From Eukaryota sp. TZLM1-RC (Eukaryota; Protista; Metamonada: BaSk clade): a DNA stretch of 64,000 nt. Below the pieces are notes generated by a model. That model saw nothing but the letters and a program-made list of their open reading frames with translations, was not told where the DNA came from and did not search any database. Shown one piece after another: positions 1-9,515 of the stretch (positions are counted from its first letter, which is position 1; the number at the start of each line of letters is the position of its first letter). Where the stretch lies: contig JAUPSS010000004.1 of the NCBI GenBank assembly GCA_040285825.1, forward strand, positions 1,964,550 through 2,028,549, read 5' to 3'. Both the position numbers and the translations under genes were made by a program.

Positions 1-541
1 AGGGGATGTTTGAAAGCAATGGTATAACATCTGGATGTAACTTTTCAATGTAACAGACCAAACCAGAACAAGCTGAAACAAGGAGAGGAAGACGGGACTC
101 ACTGGACATACGTTGTTCAAGTTCCGCTTTAGTGGCTAAGAGGGCAACATCCACAGCAGTAGACATATCAACAACAAAGGATGACGGAAACAGAGTCTTA
201 AACAGTCCAGAGAGACGTCGCATTGCACAGAGACCAGAAACGCCCCAAAAGCCTGCAAAGGAAGCTCGTGCTTGGGGTGTAATTGAAACGACAATTGGCT
301 GAGGAAATTTGAACAAGGTTGCAAGGGATTGTGATGAGAGAAGAACTACTTCAGCAGAGGTAACACAACCAGAACACGCGAGACAGCTTTTGAGACTTAT
401 GTTTACAGAAGATGTAGCAATTTCATTCATAGCAGTAGTGGTATCATCAGCAGCAGCAAGTTTGCCTGAGTCTTCAGTCAAAGTCACAACACAATCCTCA
501 GCGGGAGTAAAATCAGATATATTAGCAAGACGCAAAGCCAT
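1..541 (-). CDS. NAR1: Cytosolic Fe-S assembly factor Nar1/NARFL (CIAO3), hydrogenase-like; 5' part only, runs off the window edge
   Basis: Not in the ORF track. Manual translation from ATG at 541: MALRLANISDFTPAEDCVV...ISLKSCLACSGCVTSAEVVLL...VSITPQARAS...LPLLVSACSGLVCYIEKLHP. This matches the Nar1 motifs CLACSGCxTSAE and SACPGWICYAEK. Frame is open to position 1. Confidence 0.9.
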   Translation of the reverse strand, partial: MALRLANISDFTPAEDCVVTLTEDSGKLAAADDTTTAMNEIATSSVNISLKSCLACSGCVTSAEVVLLSSQSLATLFKFPQPIVVSITPQARASFAGFWGVSGLCAMRRLSGLFKTLFPSSFVVDMSTAVDVALLATKAELEQRMSSESRLPLLVSACSGLVCYIEKLHPDVIPLLSNIP

Positions 542-681
542 TGATGCTCAACAGTAACTAGAGAGATGTATTAAAAGAAAGAGTCTCTGTACAGCACAGA
601 AGTTATGATAGTATCACGTTTACAATTACGTGGGATGTGTTGATATAAGGGAAGTTGTTTTCAAGTTGATATTTTCTTTTC

Positions 682-2688
682 ATGCGGGAGCCTCTTTTAA
701 CATCAAAGAAGCATTTGCCCTTCTTTTATCATGGGCCTCTGAGCTATCCTCCAAAGATGGAAAGTTCTGAAGCTCGCATTGGTAGTGGTTTCACATCATT
801 GATGGGAATGGCGTGGCTTTTTAACCATTTCTATTTAGAAAATGATGTGCTTTCCTATGTGGTTATTGTTGCCTTTGGAGATTTTTTCCTTCGCCTGGTT
901 TTGGGGCCACTGTTTTCACCCCTAGGGCTGCTCTCCAAGATTCTGTCGTATGTTTTTCCTCCCAACCGGTGTTCAAGTGTTCCTAAGCGACGTGCGTACT
1001 TTGTTGGTTCATTGTTCACCGCTATTTCAGCTATTGCGCAGTACCTTGGTTATCCCATTGTTTCTGTTGTATGCCTCGGAATGCTGACCATTTTTTCGTT
1101 TGCTGAAGCTGCATTTAGTTTCTGTGTCCTGTGTGTTTTCATCAAGGCCATTGCCCAGTATCGAAAGCAAAGGTTACTTACCTCTTTGTATTCGTCTCTA
1201 GAACCTCATTCTAAACCATTCACCAGATCTCATCCTCCTGTTGATAAATCCCCCCAAGGCCAATACGACTATGATTTAGTCTTCATAGGTGGTGGTTCTG
1301 CTGGTATGGCAGGCTGTCTTTATGCCAAAAAACACTATGGTCTCCGTATCGCCGTTATTGAGTACCATGAACAGTATGGTGTTGCCGGTACATGTGCTAC
1401 CCGTGGTTGTATTCCTAAGATTCAAATCCATGAAGCTGCTTCTCTTAAAAGAACACTCAGTCCTGCTTTCAGCAAGAAGTATGGCTTTAATGTTGATTAT
1501 GAATTTGACTGGTCCCAATTAATGTCTCAAGTTCAGAACAACACCGAAAATACTTCAGTAGCATACACTCAACAGCTTGAGTCCAATGGAATTGATCTCT
1601 TCAGAGGTTTTGGCAGCTTCGTAGATCCCCATACTGTAGAAATCTCTGACCCTGATGCCAACTCCAAGAACCAAATCACCGGTAGAAGAATCATCGTTAG
1701 TGTTGGTGGTAGACCAAATCTACCCAAGATTGGAGGTATTGAACACGCAATCACCTCTGATGACTTTTTCAAGCTGAAAACCCAACCCAAGAGCATTGTT
1801 GTTGTTGGTGCTGGTTTCATTGCTCTTGAATTGAGCACTTTGCTTGCTGAACTTGGTACTAAAGTCACTGTAATGGTTCGAAACACCATTGCTCGTGGTT
1901 TTGACAAGGAAATAGTCGAAAAAATAACCCAGGATTTGGAAGAAATTGGTGTAGAATTCGTCAAAGCCTCACCTGTTGGCATCTCCAAAACAGAAGATGG
2001 CTTATCCACAAAGTATGAAATGAAGGATGGTTCAAATGGAACAATTGATAGCGAAATGGTACTTTTCGCCACTGGAAGAACTCCCAACACAGACACTCTC
2101 AACCTGGAAAATGCTGGTGTGACCATTGCTAAGAATGGAAAGATTCCAACCATCAATGAACGAACCAATGTCGATCATATTTATGCCGTTGGTGACGTAG
2201 TTTTTGGAATCCCAGAACTAACCCCTGTCGCCATTCAATCCACCAAGCTTTTACTTGATCGTCTTTATGGTGGAAAGCTTACTAGAATGAACTATGCCAA
2301 TGTTGCAACTACTATGTTTTTAACCCGTGAATATGGCTCTGTTGGTTTAAGTGAAGAAAAGGCCAAGGAAGTTTTTGGCAAGGACAACGTAACCTGTTTT
2401 GTTAGTGCTTTTACTCCAGCTTACTGGGCATTTGTCTCTTCCGAGTTTCAATGCTTTGTGAAGATTGTTGTTCATGACAGAGATGACCGAGTTGTCGGAA
2501 TCCATCTTTTATCTCCTAGATTTGCTGGTGAAGTTATGCAAGGATTTTCTAGCTTCATCAACTGTAAAGGAACCAAACAGCAACTTGACCTTACCACTGG
2601 TATCCATCCCACGCTTGCTGAACAACTGAACATGTGTACTACCATCAAGGGTAAGGGTAATGCTCAAAAAACTAGTTGCTGAGGTTAA
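682..2688 (+). CDS. TXNRD: High-molecular-weight (animal-type) selenoprotein thioredoxin reductase with an N-terminal DUF4395-like membrane domain; UGA at 2680-2682 read as Sec (C-terminus TSCUG)
   Basis: FAD motif GGGSAG; redox disulfide GTCATRGCIPK; NADPH motif VVGAGFIALE/MVRNTIARGFD; GDV..PELTPVA; GIHPTxAE. Ends TGC TGA GGT TAA (C-U-G-stop) with a SECIS downstream. The N-terminal ~160 aa are hydrophobic with FSP, PKR.A..VG and EAAFSFCVLC. Confidence 0.93.
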
Positions 2689-2710
2689 GCCCTGCCACTA
2701 GGCGGGGCTT
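2687..2710 (+). promoter_or_regulatory. GC-rich hairpin immediately 3' of the Sec codon (candidate Sec-redefinition-like element)
   Basis: AAGCCCTGCC-ACTA-GGCGGGGCTT: 10-bp stem with one G-U, beginning 4 nt after the UGA. Confidence 0.55.
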
Positions 2711-2724
2711 TTATTTCAACACAT

Positions 2725-2795
2725 GCTGAAGTGGATATTTGTGACGGAAACTTCTCTCAATGCGTAAGCACGAGAATTTCCTGATTTCATTTAGT
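2725..2795 (+). promoter_or_regulatory. Eukaryotic type II SECIS element in the TrxR 3' UTR
   Basis: Helix I GCTGAAGTGGA/TTCATTTAGT; core GTGAC (2741) with TGAT (2782); helix II GGAAA-C-TTCTC/GAGAATTTCC; unpaired AA (2759-60); mini-helix TGC-GTAA-GCA. Confidence 0.9.
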
Positions 2796-2943
2796 TTTGT
2801 GTTTTTTGTTGAATAAATTCATAATATTTTTTCAGTAAACCAGGGAAACTCAACAGTGTCTAGTCTTATTTTTAATGATTCAAAAAGTACAAAATAAGTG
2901 AAAAGATAATGAAAACAAATTTAACACAATATTTACAAAAAAA

Positions 2944-3873
2944 TTACCTTGAAGAAACAGAAAACTGAGCAGCAGCAAAGGCTTTGGGAAACTTCTCACC
3001 TTCTTGTTTCAATTCATCCAATTTTGCTATAATTTCACTAAAATCTGGTTCAATTTGCCGAGAATCAGAAGACATCTCCTCTGATTTGTGTGAAGTCAAG
3101 ATTTTCAAAAGGTTGGAAATCACCTTGTTGCGTTCTTCATTTGTAAAACTCAATCCCTTTACTCTTAGTGCCCCAATGGTATCCCCAACAATACCAGAAG
3201 CTCCTTCAACCAGAACTTTTCTTGCCTTAACGACTGCTCCTACTGTTTGACTCACCATCATTCCCTTTGCGATGGACGCATCGTATTGAATGTCAACGAT
3301 TTCAAAAGAGAGGCAGTAAACACCACAAGCTCGCGCTCGTTCAGTGAGGAGCTGACACATGGCAGTAGATACTTCAGAACAGTCAGATTCCAAGGAAGCA
3401 TGTTTGGGCTTATCAGTATGGTAGGGGTAATTCGATGTGGTTTTTTTCAAAACAGCAAGACTTAAATTAGATAAGTAGTGATGTACGTTTTCAATGTTGA
3501 GAATGGCCTTGACTGGGTCAACGATTCTATACGTACACACGCCTGAAACTTGGAGCATGCATCCTGAGGAATCAGTAACGGTGATTTGATCATGTCTGAT
3601 TGAGAATACTTTAAGTGAAGCAACTTTGATTGATCTCCCAAAAACAGATATCCAGTGTATTCCAGGAGAGCAAACCTTGTAAAACTTACCAAACATGAGT
3701 ACTAGATGATTTTCATTGGGAGCAACAACAAAGAAAGAAGCTAACAATGTGACCGGAAAGAAGAGTATACCAATAAAGATAGCAACGATTCGTTCAAATG
3801 TAGAGATACGTGATACAAGACGTAGTGGAGGGGAATGTACAAGTAAATAGTCAGAATCAATGTATTCTGACAT
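2944..3873 (-). CDS. SPFH / Band-7 (stomatin-like) membrane protein
   Basis: N-terminal TM segment followed by VVAPNE..LVLMFGKF...PGIHW and V.GV.TYRIVDPVKAIL.IEN; ARKVLVEGA..IV is typical of SPFH proteins. Confidence 0.85.
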   Translation of the reverse strand: MSEYIDSDYLLVHSPPLRLVSRISTFERIVAIFIGILFFPVTLLASFFVVAPNENHLVLMFGKFYKVCSPGIHWISVFGRSIKVASLKVFSIRHDQITVTDSSGCMLQVSGVCTYRIVDPVKAILNIENVHHYLSNLSLAVLKKTTSNYPYHTDKPKHASLESDCSEVSTAMCQLLTERARACGVYCLSFEIVDIQYDASIAKGMMVSQTVGAVVKARKVLVEGASGIVGDTIGALRVKGLSFTNEERNKVISNLLKILTSHKSEEMSSDSRQIEPDFSEIIAKLDELKQEGEKFPKAFAAAQFSVSSR

Positions 3874-3974
3874 AAGCTGTCGATGTCAATGGTTGAATTG
3901 GTGAAGAATCAATACTCGATTGAGATCGAGAATGGAAATGCAAACTTTTTTAAACAAAAGAGAAAAGTTGATCA

Positions 3975-4650
3975 ACACACTTAAAATCAAAATCTTCATA
4001 GCCCAAATCAGCCAAGAAGAATTGACTTAAAGTTCTTCTTTCATAAAACCGACCAAGAGATAACAAAGCAAAAGTTTACAAGGGGACAACATCTTTAAAA
4101 ATTGAAAATACAATTCCGTTCTGTCAAAATTTCTTGTCAAAAACTCTTCATGTACGATGTTTCACAGTTTCAATAAAATCATCCAAGAAAGATAATGCAG
4201 TTGGTGCAAGGCAGCCATGCAGGGAGAATGCAAATGGACAAAGGACATAATGAGTATGCCATTCGACATTCAAGGATAGCAACGTTGCTCTATATTTATC
4301 AATGTTAGTGTGCTTCTGCAACAAACAGGGGATTCATGTATTTTGACTGAGTTAACGGTAGAAAACAATCATTACACACATCAGTGGATCTCACATCAGT
4401 AATAATGAGGTTTTTGAGCAATTAAACATGAAGAGGAACTGTTCGGGACATCTAACTGAAAATTAGCGAAAGCGGAATTATCATGTGTGGCTGAGCCGAG
4501 ACAAACATCAATCAAAGCCTTCAATAATTATTGTTAATTTTTGCTGCAATTTTTTAAAACAGCAACTCAAATTTTATAGCGTTTTAGGTGGTATTTGCTG
4601 TACAGTAAGAGGAATACAATTACTTCAAATGTCAGGGGGCAATTAATCAA
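3975..4650 (-). mobile_element. Degenerate CRE-type non-LTR retrotransposon, 3' (endonuclease) fragment
   Basis: Minus strand reads HYVLCPFAFSLHGCLAPTALSFLDDF (~4180-4255) and CCFKKLQQKL (~4540-4570), homologous to the C-terminus of the 17759-19507 ORF; broken frames. Confidence 0.7.
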
Positions 4651-5072
4651 GAGCATTCCATCCAACGAAGTCTCAATTACGTTGGTCTTGACATTTTGCT
4701 GTGATGATCCCCTTTTTGTAGGTCACGGTAGGGTGTCTAAAGACCAGGGCTTTGAATTGGAATGTACAGTTACTGGTGAATTAAGGAGTGGTTTATTGCT
4801 TCACTAAGCAGAAAGTGATAAAGGTTTTTGTGTTTTGTAGTTGAGATGAATTGATTCAAGGTTCCAAATTGGTACAGTTGCAATCAACTTGGCTCAATTA
4901 GTGAGAGAAACATTTAATATCGAACTCTTGTTAATTTCAATCCATTTGATGAAGGATTTTAGGCTTTATTCCAAGAATGCAAACAAGATAACTATAAACA
5001 ACAACAATGCAAAGCAATATTCTAGATAAGTGATCACTGACAAAATGAAGGTAGGTTCTCACTATTTACGGG

Positions 5073-6360
5073 TTAATGAGCACGTACATTGTGAAACTCA
5101 GTAATACTTGAAAGTATTGAGTTAAAATAACGTGGTAGAGCCTTAAAGAGTGAGAAAACAATTCTGTTCTTCCAAATAAGTTGATCAAAAGAACGTCCTG
5201 AGTCTTTTAAGAAACTGCCTAAATCATTCAAGAAAGATAGTCCTTCCCTGCCTAAAGTACCAAAAATAGAAATTCCAATTGGAACAAAAACGATGTTTCT
5301 GCCACGTTGTTTGTTCAAACGTACAAGTAAATCATTATACTTCGAGTGCTTGCTCCTTTCTGCATTCTTGAGGGTTGATTCAATGTCAGAAGACGACGAC
5401 AACTTCCAAGGAGAAACAGTTGTACAATCAATAATTAATTCCTGGCCGCTATGCAAAGCACATTGCATGGCACCTCTTTTTTGACTTTGAGCAAGCTGCA
5501 TTTCATCAAAAACTCGTTCTAGTCGTACTGGATGATGAACACTCTTCAACAAATCATAAATGCAATCGCGAACGGCATTGTGAATTATCGACCTCTTCTG
5601 AGTGAACTTCCTACAAGACAAGACATGAGTATAAGAAGCAACTGCTCCACATTTACAACGAAATTTTGTTAAACATTGAGGGGGAGGTAAGTTCAAACGT
5701 AGTCTCATAATTGTTAAAAACTGGGAATCGGAAAGCAACAGACCAAAACGGCGAGGTACTTGGGTTATTAGGCAAGATGCACTGTTGATAAAAGAACCCT
5801 TATCGCAAAGAGAGGATAGAAATGTTGCAAAGGAAGAATCACCTGAATTGTTAGCCAAGCTAATTTATTCTTCTAGTGATTCAGCTTCGAGAGCATTAAT
5901 CAACTTCTTTTGCAGTTTAGGGACAGTTCTCAAAAAATTACTTAAATCTTTAACTTCAACAGAGAAGCAAACATTCAAAACCAGAGTTTATCAGTGCAGT
6001 TATGAAGGAATATTTTGACAAAGAGAGCAGCACTTGGGTTAGAATTAGTGACTAAATCAATCCAGCTATTAGGGAATCGTACAGATAATTCAAACAAGAA
6101 ATTCTTAATGCCTCCCTAGAACGCAGCATTTGTCAAGATTGATGAACGAGTCAAACCAACACCACCATGCAAATGTGACCTGAAACAGTGAAGCGGAATA
6201 TCCTTAATGTTCTTAACACTGAGTAAGTCAGCCAAAAAGTTGGATCTTCGAAAAAAAACAATTTGATTTCAGGTGTGGTCAAATCTGGTGGAATAGAGCG
6301 AATCAGGTGATTTACTTTAGAACTGAAGCATAACCTATCCACATGGAATTTAATATGTTC
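5073..6360 (-). mobile_element. CRE-type non-LTR retrotransposon relic (post-RT region + CCHC + restriction-like endonuclease)
   Basis: ORF 5073-5858 has CKC..HVLSC, HNAVRD, D..TV, E..K..KY and W.NRI.F; upstream fragment LCFSSKVNHLIRS. Confidence 0.85.
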
Positions 6361-6519
6361 TTTGATGAAGGATGGTCATGATTTAGTTAAATGCGACTTG
6401 TCATGTCAAGTGCAGTCAGTGCTAGTCAGATGTCAGTACCATAGTTGAATTGATGTGTTGTTTTTGGGTGTGCGTTTTTGAGTCATTCAAATTCACAATA
6501 GAAATGGTGTTGCGATAAA

Positions 6520-7030
6520 GGCTTCTTACACTCTTTATAAATTCATTCAGTGTAAGTAGATTCAATTTCGAACTATTGGAAAACTATTGAAGCCTGAAGT
6601 TGCTATGCAACAATATCTTTGATATTCCCCTAATCGACACAATTCCCATGAATTTATTGAGTTTGGATAGGTTTCTTCACTTGGTTTATTTATTTTCTTT
6701 AATTTTTTTATTCAGTCTTCGAATATTGCTTTTAATTCCCCTATTTTCCTTTTCATTCTTATATAAGCGTTTGGATCAGATATTTTTAAATCACAATTTT
6801 GTGATACCCTTTATATTGTTGAATACACATATCGCACATCGGGCACTAGTTCTATATTCATCCTTCAGATATACTACGATATCCAATACCACGTAAATTT
6901 TTTCCCAAATTTGCACCTCTTATAGAAGCTGTTGTTCCTTTACGATTTCTTCTGGGATTTCAATCCCCAAATATCAGTTACAAATGTAAAAATCTGTACT
7001 TTTTGAACTGGTGGTTATTTCCATAGATCG
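6520..7030 (-). pseudogene. Fanzor1 (eukaryotic TnpB) relic, family B
   Basis: Manual translation: NHQFKKYRF / LIFGD(W>*)NPRRNRKGTTASIRGANLGKNLRGIGYR / VYLKDEYRTSARCAIC / IHG. These are the FGDW, RuvC-II DEYRTS and CxxC motifs of Fanzor1, with stops and frameshifts. Confidence 0.8.
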
Positions 7031-7206
7031 GGAGTAAATGTAAATCGTGAAGTAGTTTCATTCTTTAAATTTATTCAAATCTATTGTTTTGGCAGAGTAT
7101 TGAAAAAGTTAATCTAATATGGATGTTGATGTTTTTGACGTGATGATGATGTGGATGCAAGAAAAGGAAACCTGCCAGATTTGAGTCACTTTCGTCGTTA
7201 ATTACA

Positions 7207-7873
7207 ATGTCCCTTACTCAGTTCACTGCCAAGGAAGACCTAAAGTCTAGAATCACTGATCTTTCAGGATTTACCCAAAGACAGTGGGATGAGCACTGGA
7301 AACTTTACAAGGGCTATGTTAACAACAGCAATCAGCTCATGGCTGAACTCCGTGAAGCCCGTGAAGCCAATCGTGAGGATCGCTTTGGTTTGTAGATTAG
7401 CTGTAATCTCATCTCAGTCCAAGACCGCCGTCGCCTAGAAGGTTTTGAAATCTCTGGCATCCTTCTCCACGAAATTTACTTTGGATCAATTGTCAATGGA
7501 GGATCTAAAATGACCCCTGAATTCACGAGTGTCATCAATAAGCACTTCGGTTCTGTTGATTTTTTTATGGCTGATTTGGTACGTTATCTTACTCAATTAA
7601 TCTCAGACCAACACTGTCAAAACAAGAGGTGTCGGTTGGGCTTGTGTTTATTATGACAAAGACCGAGATTCCATGTGGATCGGACATGTAGAATTGCATC
7701 AAAATGGACATGCCGCTGGTGTTCAAATTGTACTTGCCTTGGATTGCTGGGAGCATGGTTATGTTATTGACTTTGGAACAGGACCCACTGGTCTTGCAAG
7801 TCTTTGGGATGCGCTAAAACCCCATTTAGATTGGGTTGCTATTGAGCAAAGATACCGCAAGTTGTCCCAATAA
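7207..7873 (+). CDS. SOD: Fe/Mn superoxide dismutase, 3 exons (7207-7387, 7418-7578, 7607-7873; 202 aa)
   Basis: Metal ligands EHWKLYKGYV, LHEIYF and DCWEHGY. Removing GT-AG introns 7388-7417 (30 nt) and 7579-7606 (28 nt) gives one continuous frame. Confidence 0.92.
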
Positions 7874-8230
7874 GGGTATTTTGACTGCATTTGTGAATTA
7901 CTGTGAATAAAAATACTTGAAAGTGGGTCTTTTTTCTTCTCTGTTTCTTAATAGTCTTAGTAACATTGTCAGTGTACTAAAATTCCCGTATTGTTGCTGT
8001 TATTATTAACAACAATAAAACACGGCAATAACTTATTAAATGAACAGTAACAGTTTGTACTTGTGCATTTTGGTAAAATAAGATTGAATTTACTATATTG
8101 CTGAGTGAATCCTCAAAAGTGATTTTCTATTCACTGCAGCAGTGTCAGCGTTGGTAGCAAACTACACTGATTGAGAAGAGGAAGGGTTTGGGTTTGTGGA
8201 GTTTTGGTTGCTGACAATGTTAGAATTACT

Positions 8231-8278
8231 GAACTAGTTCGGCCGAACGTTCGGAAAGGTTGCGAACGTTCGGAATTC
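8231..8278. promoter_or_regulatory. Cluster of GAAnnTTC-type palindromes upstream of the ADH gene
   Basis: GAACTAGTTC, GTTCGGCCGAAC and CCGAACGTTCGG; 13-bp direct repeat CGAACGTTCGGAA at 8244 and 8263, about 50-90 nt before the ATG. Confidence 0.4.
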
Positions 8279-8324
8279 TAACATTGGTTGCTGATGATGC
8301 TGCAGAAAATTTCAATCTATTTCA

Positions 8325-9470
8325 ATGCCCACTTTTGTTGACATCGTCCCTTATATTCCCTCCAAGTTCAATGTTTTCTTTGGATCTCATTGTGTTTCTA
8401 ACAATGTTGATCAACTTAAACTAGGTGGTTCTTGCGCGATAGTTACTGGACGATCGTCTGCAGTGAAATCTGGAGCCTTAAACGATGTCACAACATCTCT
8501 TGCCGCTCTGAACATCTCATATACAATTTTCAATGAGATCGAACAAAACCCCCTGTATTCCACGGTATTCAAAGCATTCGAAAACCTCCCTAAAGTAGAT
8601 TTCATCATTGCAATCGGTGGAGGCTCTCCCATGGATGCTTCGAAACTCCTCTCTGTCATGATGGCTAATCACAATCCTGGCTCGATCAGTGAGGAGGACA
8701 TGCAAAAGACTGTCTTCACAACCAAATATGAACAGAATTTACCCTTAGTTTGTATCACTACCACTTGTGGTTCAGGTTCTGAAGTCACCCCATATGCAGT
8801 CATTACTGATACAATTCATGGTAACAAAAGAAATTTGGCCACTCCAGTCTACCCCACTGTTTCATTTGTGGATCCTTTGTATTTGACCACTTTACCTAGA
8901 TCATATGTGATCAGTACTGCTCTGGATGCCCTCAGTCACTTAATCGAACCTAGAATGACTGTTAAAGGAAGAGGTGATGAAAAGGTTTGTGAGTTGGTAG
9001 AGATTGGCCTTGGAATGTGGAAATCTCTATTTTCAATTCTTGATTCAGATACTTCCTCTCTTTTTTACCATGACTTAGCGCTAATGCAGCTTATTGGTGG
9101 TTTGACCATCACCTTTGCCGGAACCACCATTGTACACGCTGTTGGTTATTGCCTAACCTTCCATCTAAATGTTCTTCACGGAGTGGCTAACTCCCTAGTG
9201 ATGCCTGCATTCTTTGAATTTTACAAGAAGTACGATTCTGAACTTGTTGATTTAGTACTTTTGCAAATGGGCCTTTCAAGTATTTCTCAATTCAAAACCA
9301 CTATTAATTCATTGTTGGTGACATTACCAAGAGAATATGTGACTGTTGAAATTAAGCAAGATGACATTGAAATGTTTAGTAAAAAGGTACTGATGCAAAA
9401 GAACAAACTTGAAACTTGTCCTTATGAAGTCACTGATACTGATATTAAGAAAATTTATGAATCAATTTAA
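8325..9470 (+). CDS. Iron-containing alcohol dehydrogenase (bacterial-like)
   Basis: IAIGGGSPMD, TTCGSGSEVT, DALSH, and H..GY.LT....HG.AN metal ligands. Confidence 0.92.
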   Translation: MPTFVDIVPYIPSKFNVFFGSHCVSNNVDQLKLGGSCAIVTGRSSAVKSGALNDVTTSLAALNISYTIFNEIEQNPLYSTVFKAFENLPKVDFIIAIGGGSPMDASKLLSVMMANHNPGSISEEDMQKTVFTTKYEQNLPLVCITTTCGSGSEVTPYAVITDTIHGNKRNLATPVYPTVSFVDPLYLTTLPRSYVISTALDALSHLIEPRMTVKGRGDEKVCELVEIGLGMWKSLFSILDSDTSSLFYHDLALMQLIGGLTITFAGTTIVHAVGYCLTFHLNVLHGVANSLVMPAFFEFYKKYDSELVDLVLLQMGLSSISQFKTTINSLLVTLPREYVTVEIKQDDIEMFSKKVLMQKNKLETCPYEVTDTDIKKIYESI

Positions 9471-9515
9471 AATATTTATTGTACATAAAAGAGTAGTTTA
9501 CTGCAAGTTTTTAAT

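Noticed and set aside
1-541. [FeFe]-hydrogenase
   Set aside because: The N-terminal DF..P..C and CLACSGCVTSAE motifs and the absence of the hydrogenase CCP motif indicate Nar1.
1569-2168. Antisense and alternate-frame ORFs of the track (e.g. 1569-2168, 48200-48775, 309-557)
   Set aside because: Shadows of real genes on the other strand or frame, with no motifs of their own.
2687-2717. Bacterial rho-independent terminator after TrxR
   Set aside because: The context is eukaryotic (introns) and the SECIS needed downstream must be transcribed, so it is better read as an mRNA hairpin.
6955-6970. UGA=Trp alternative genetic code (TGA at Trp positions in relics)
   Set aside because: Seen only in decayed elements that also carry frameshifts; intact genes use TGG for Trp and TGA as stop.
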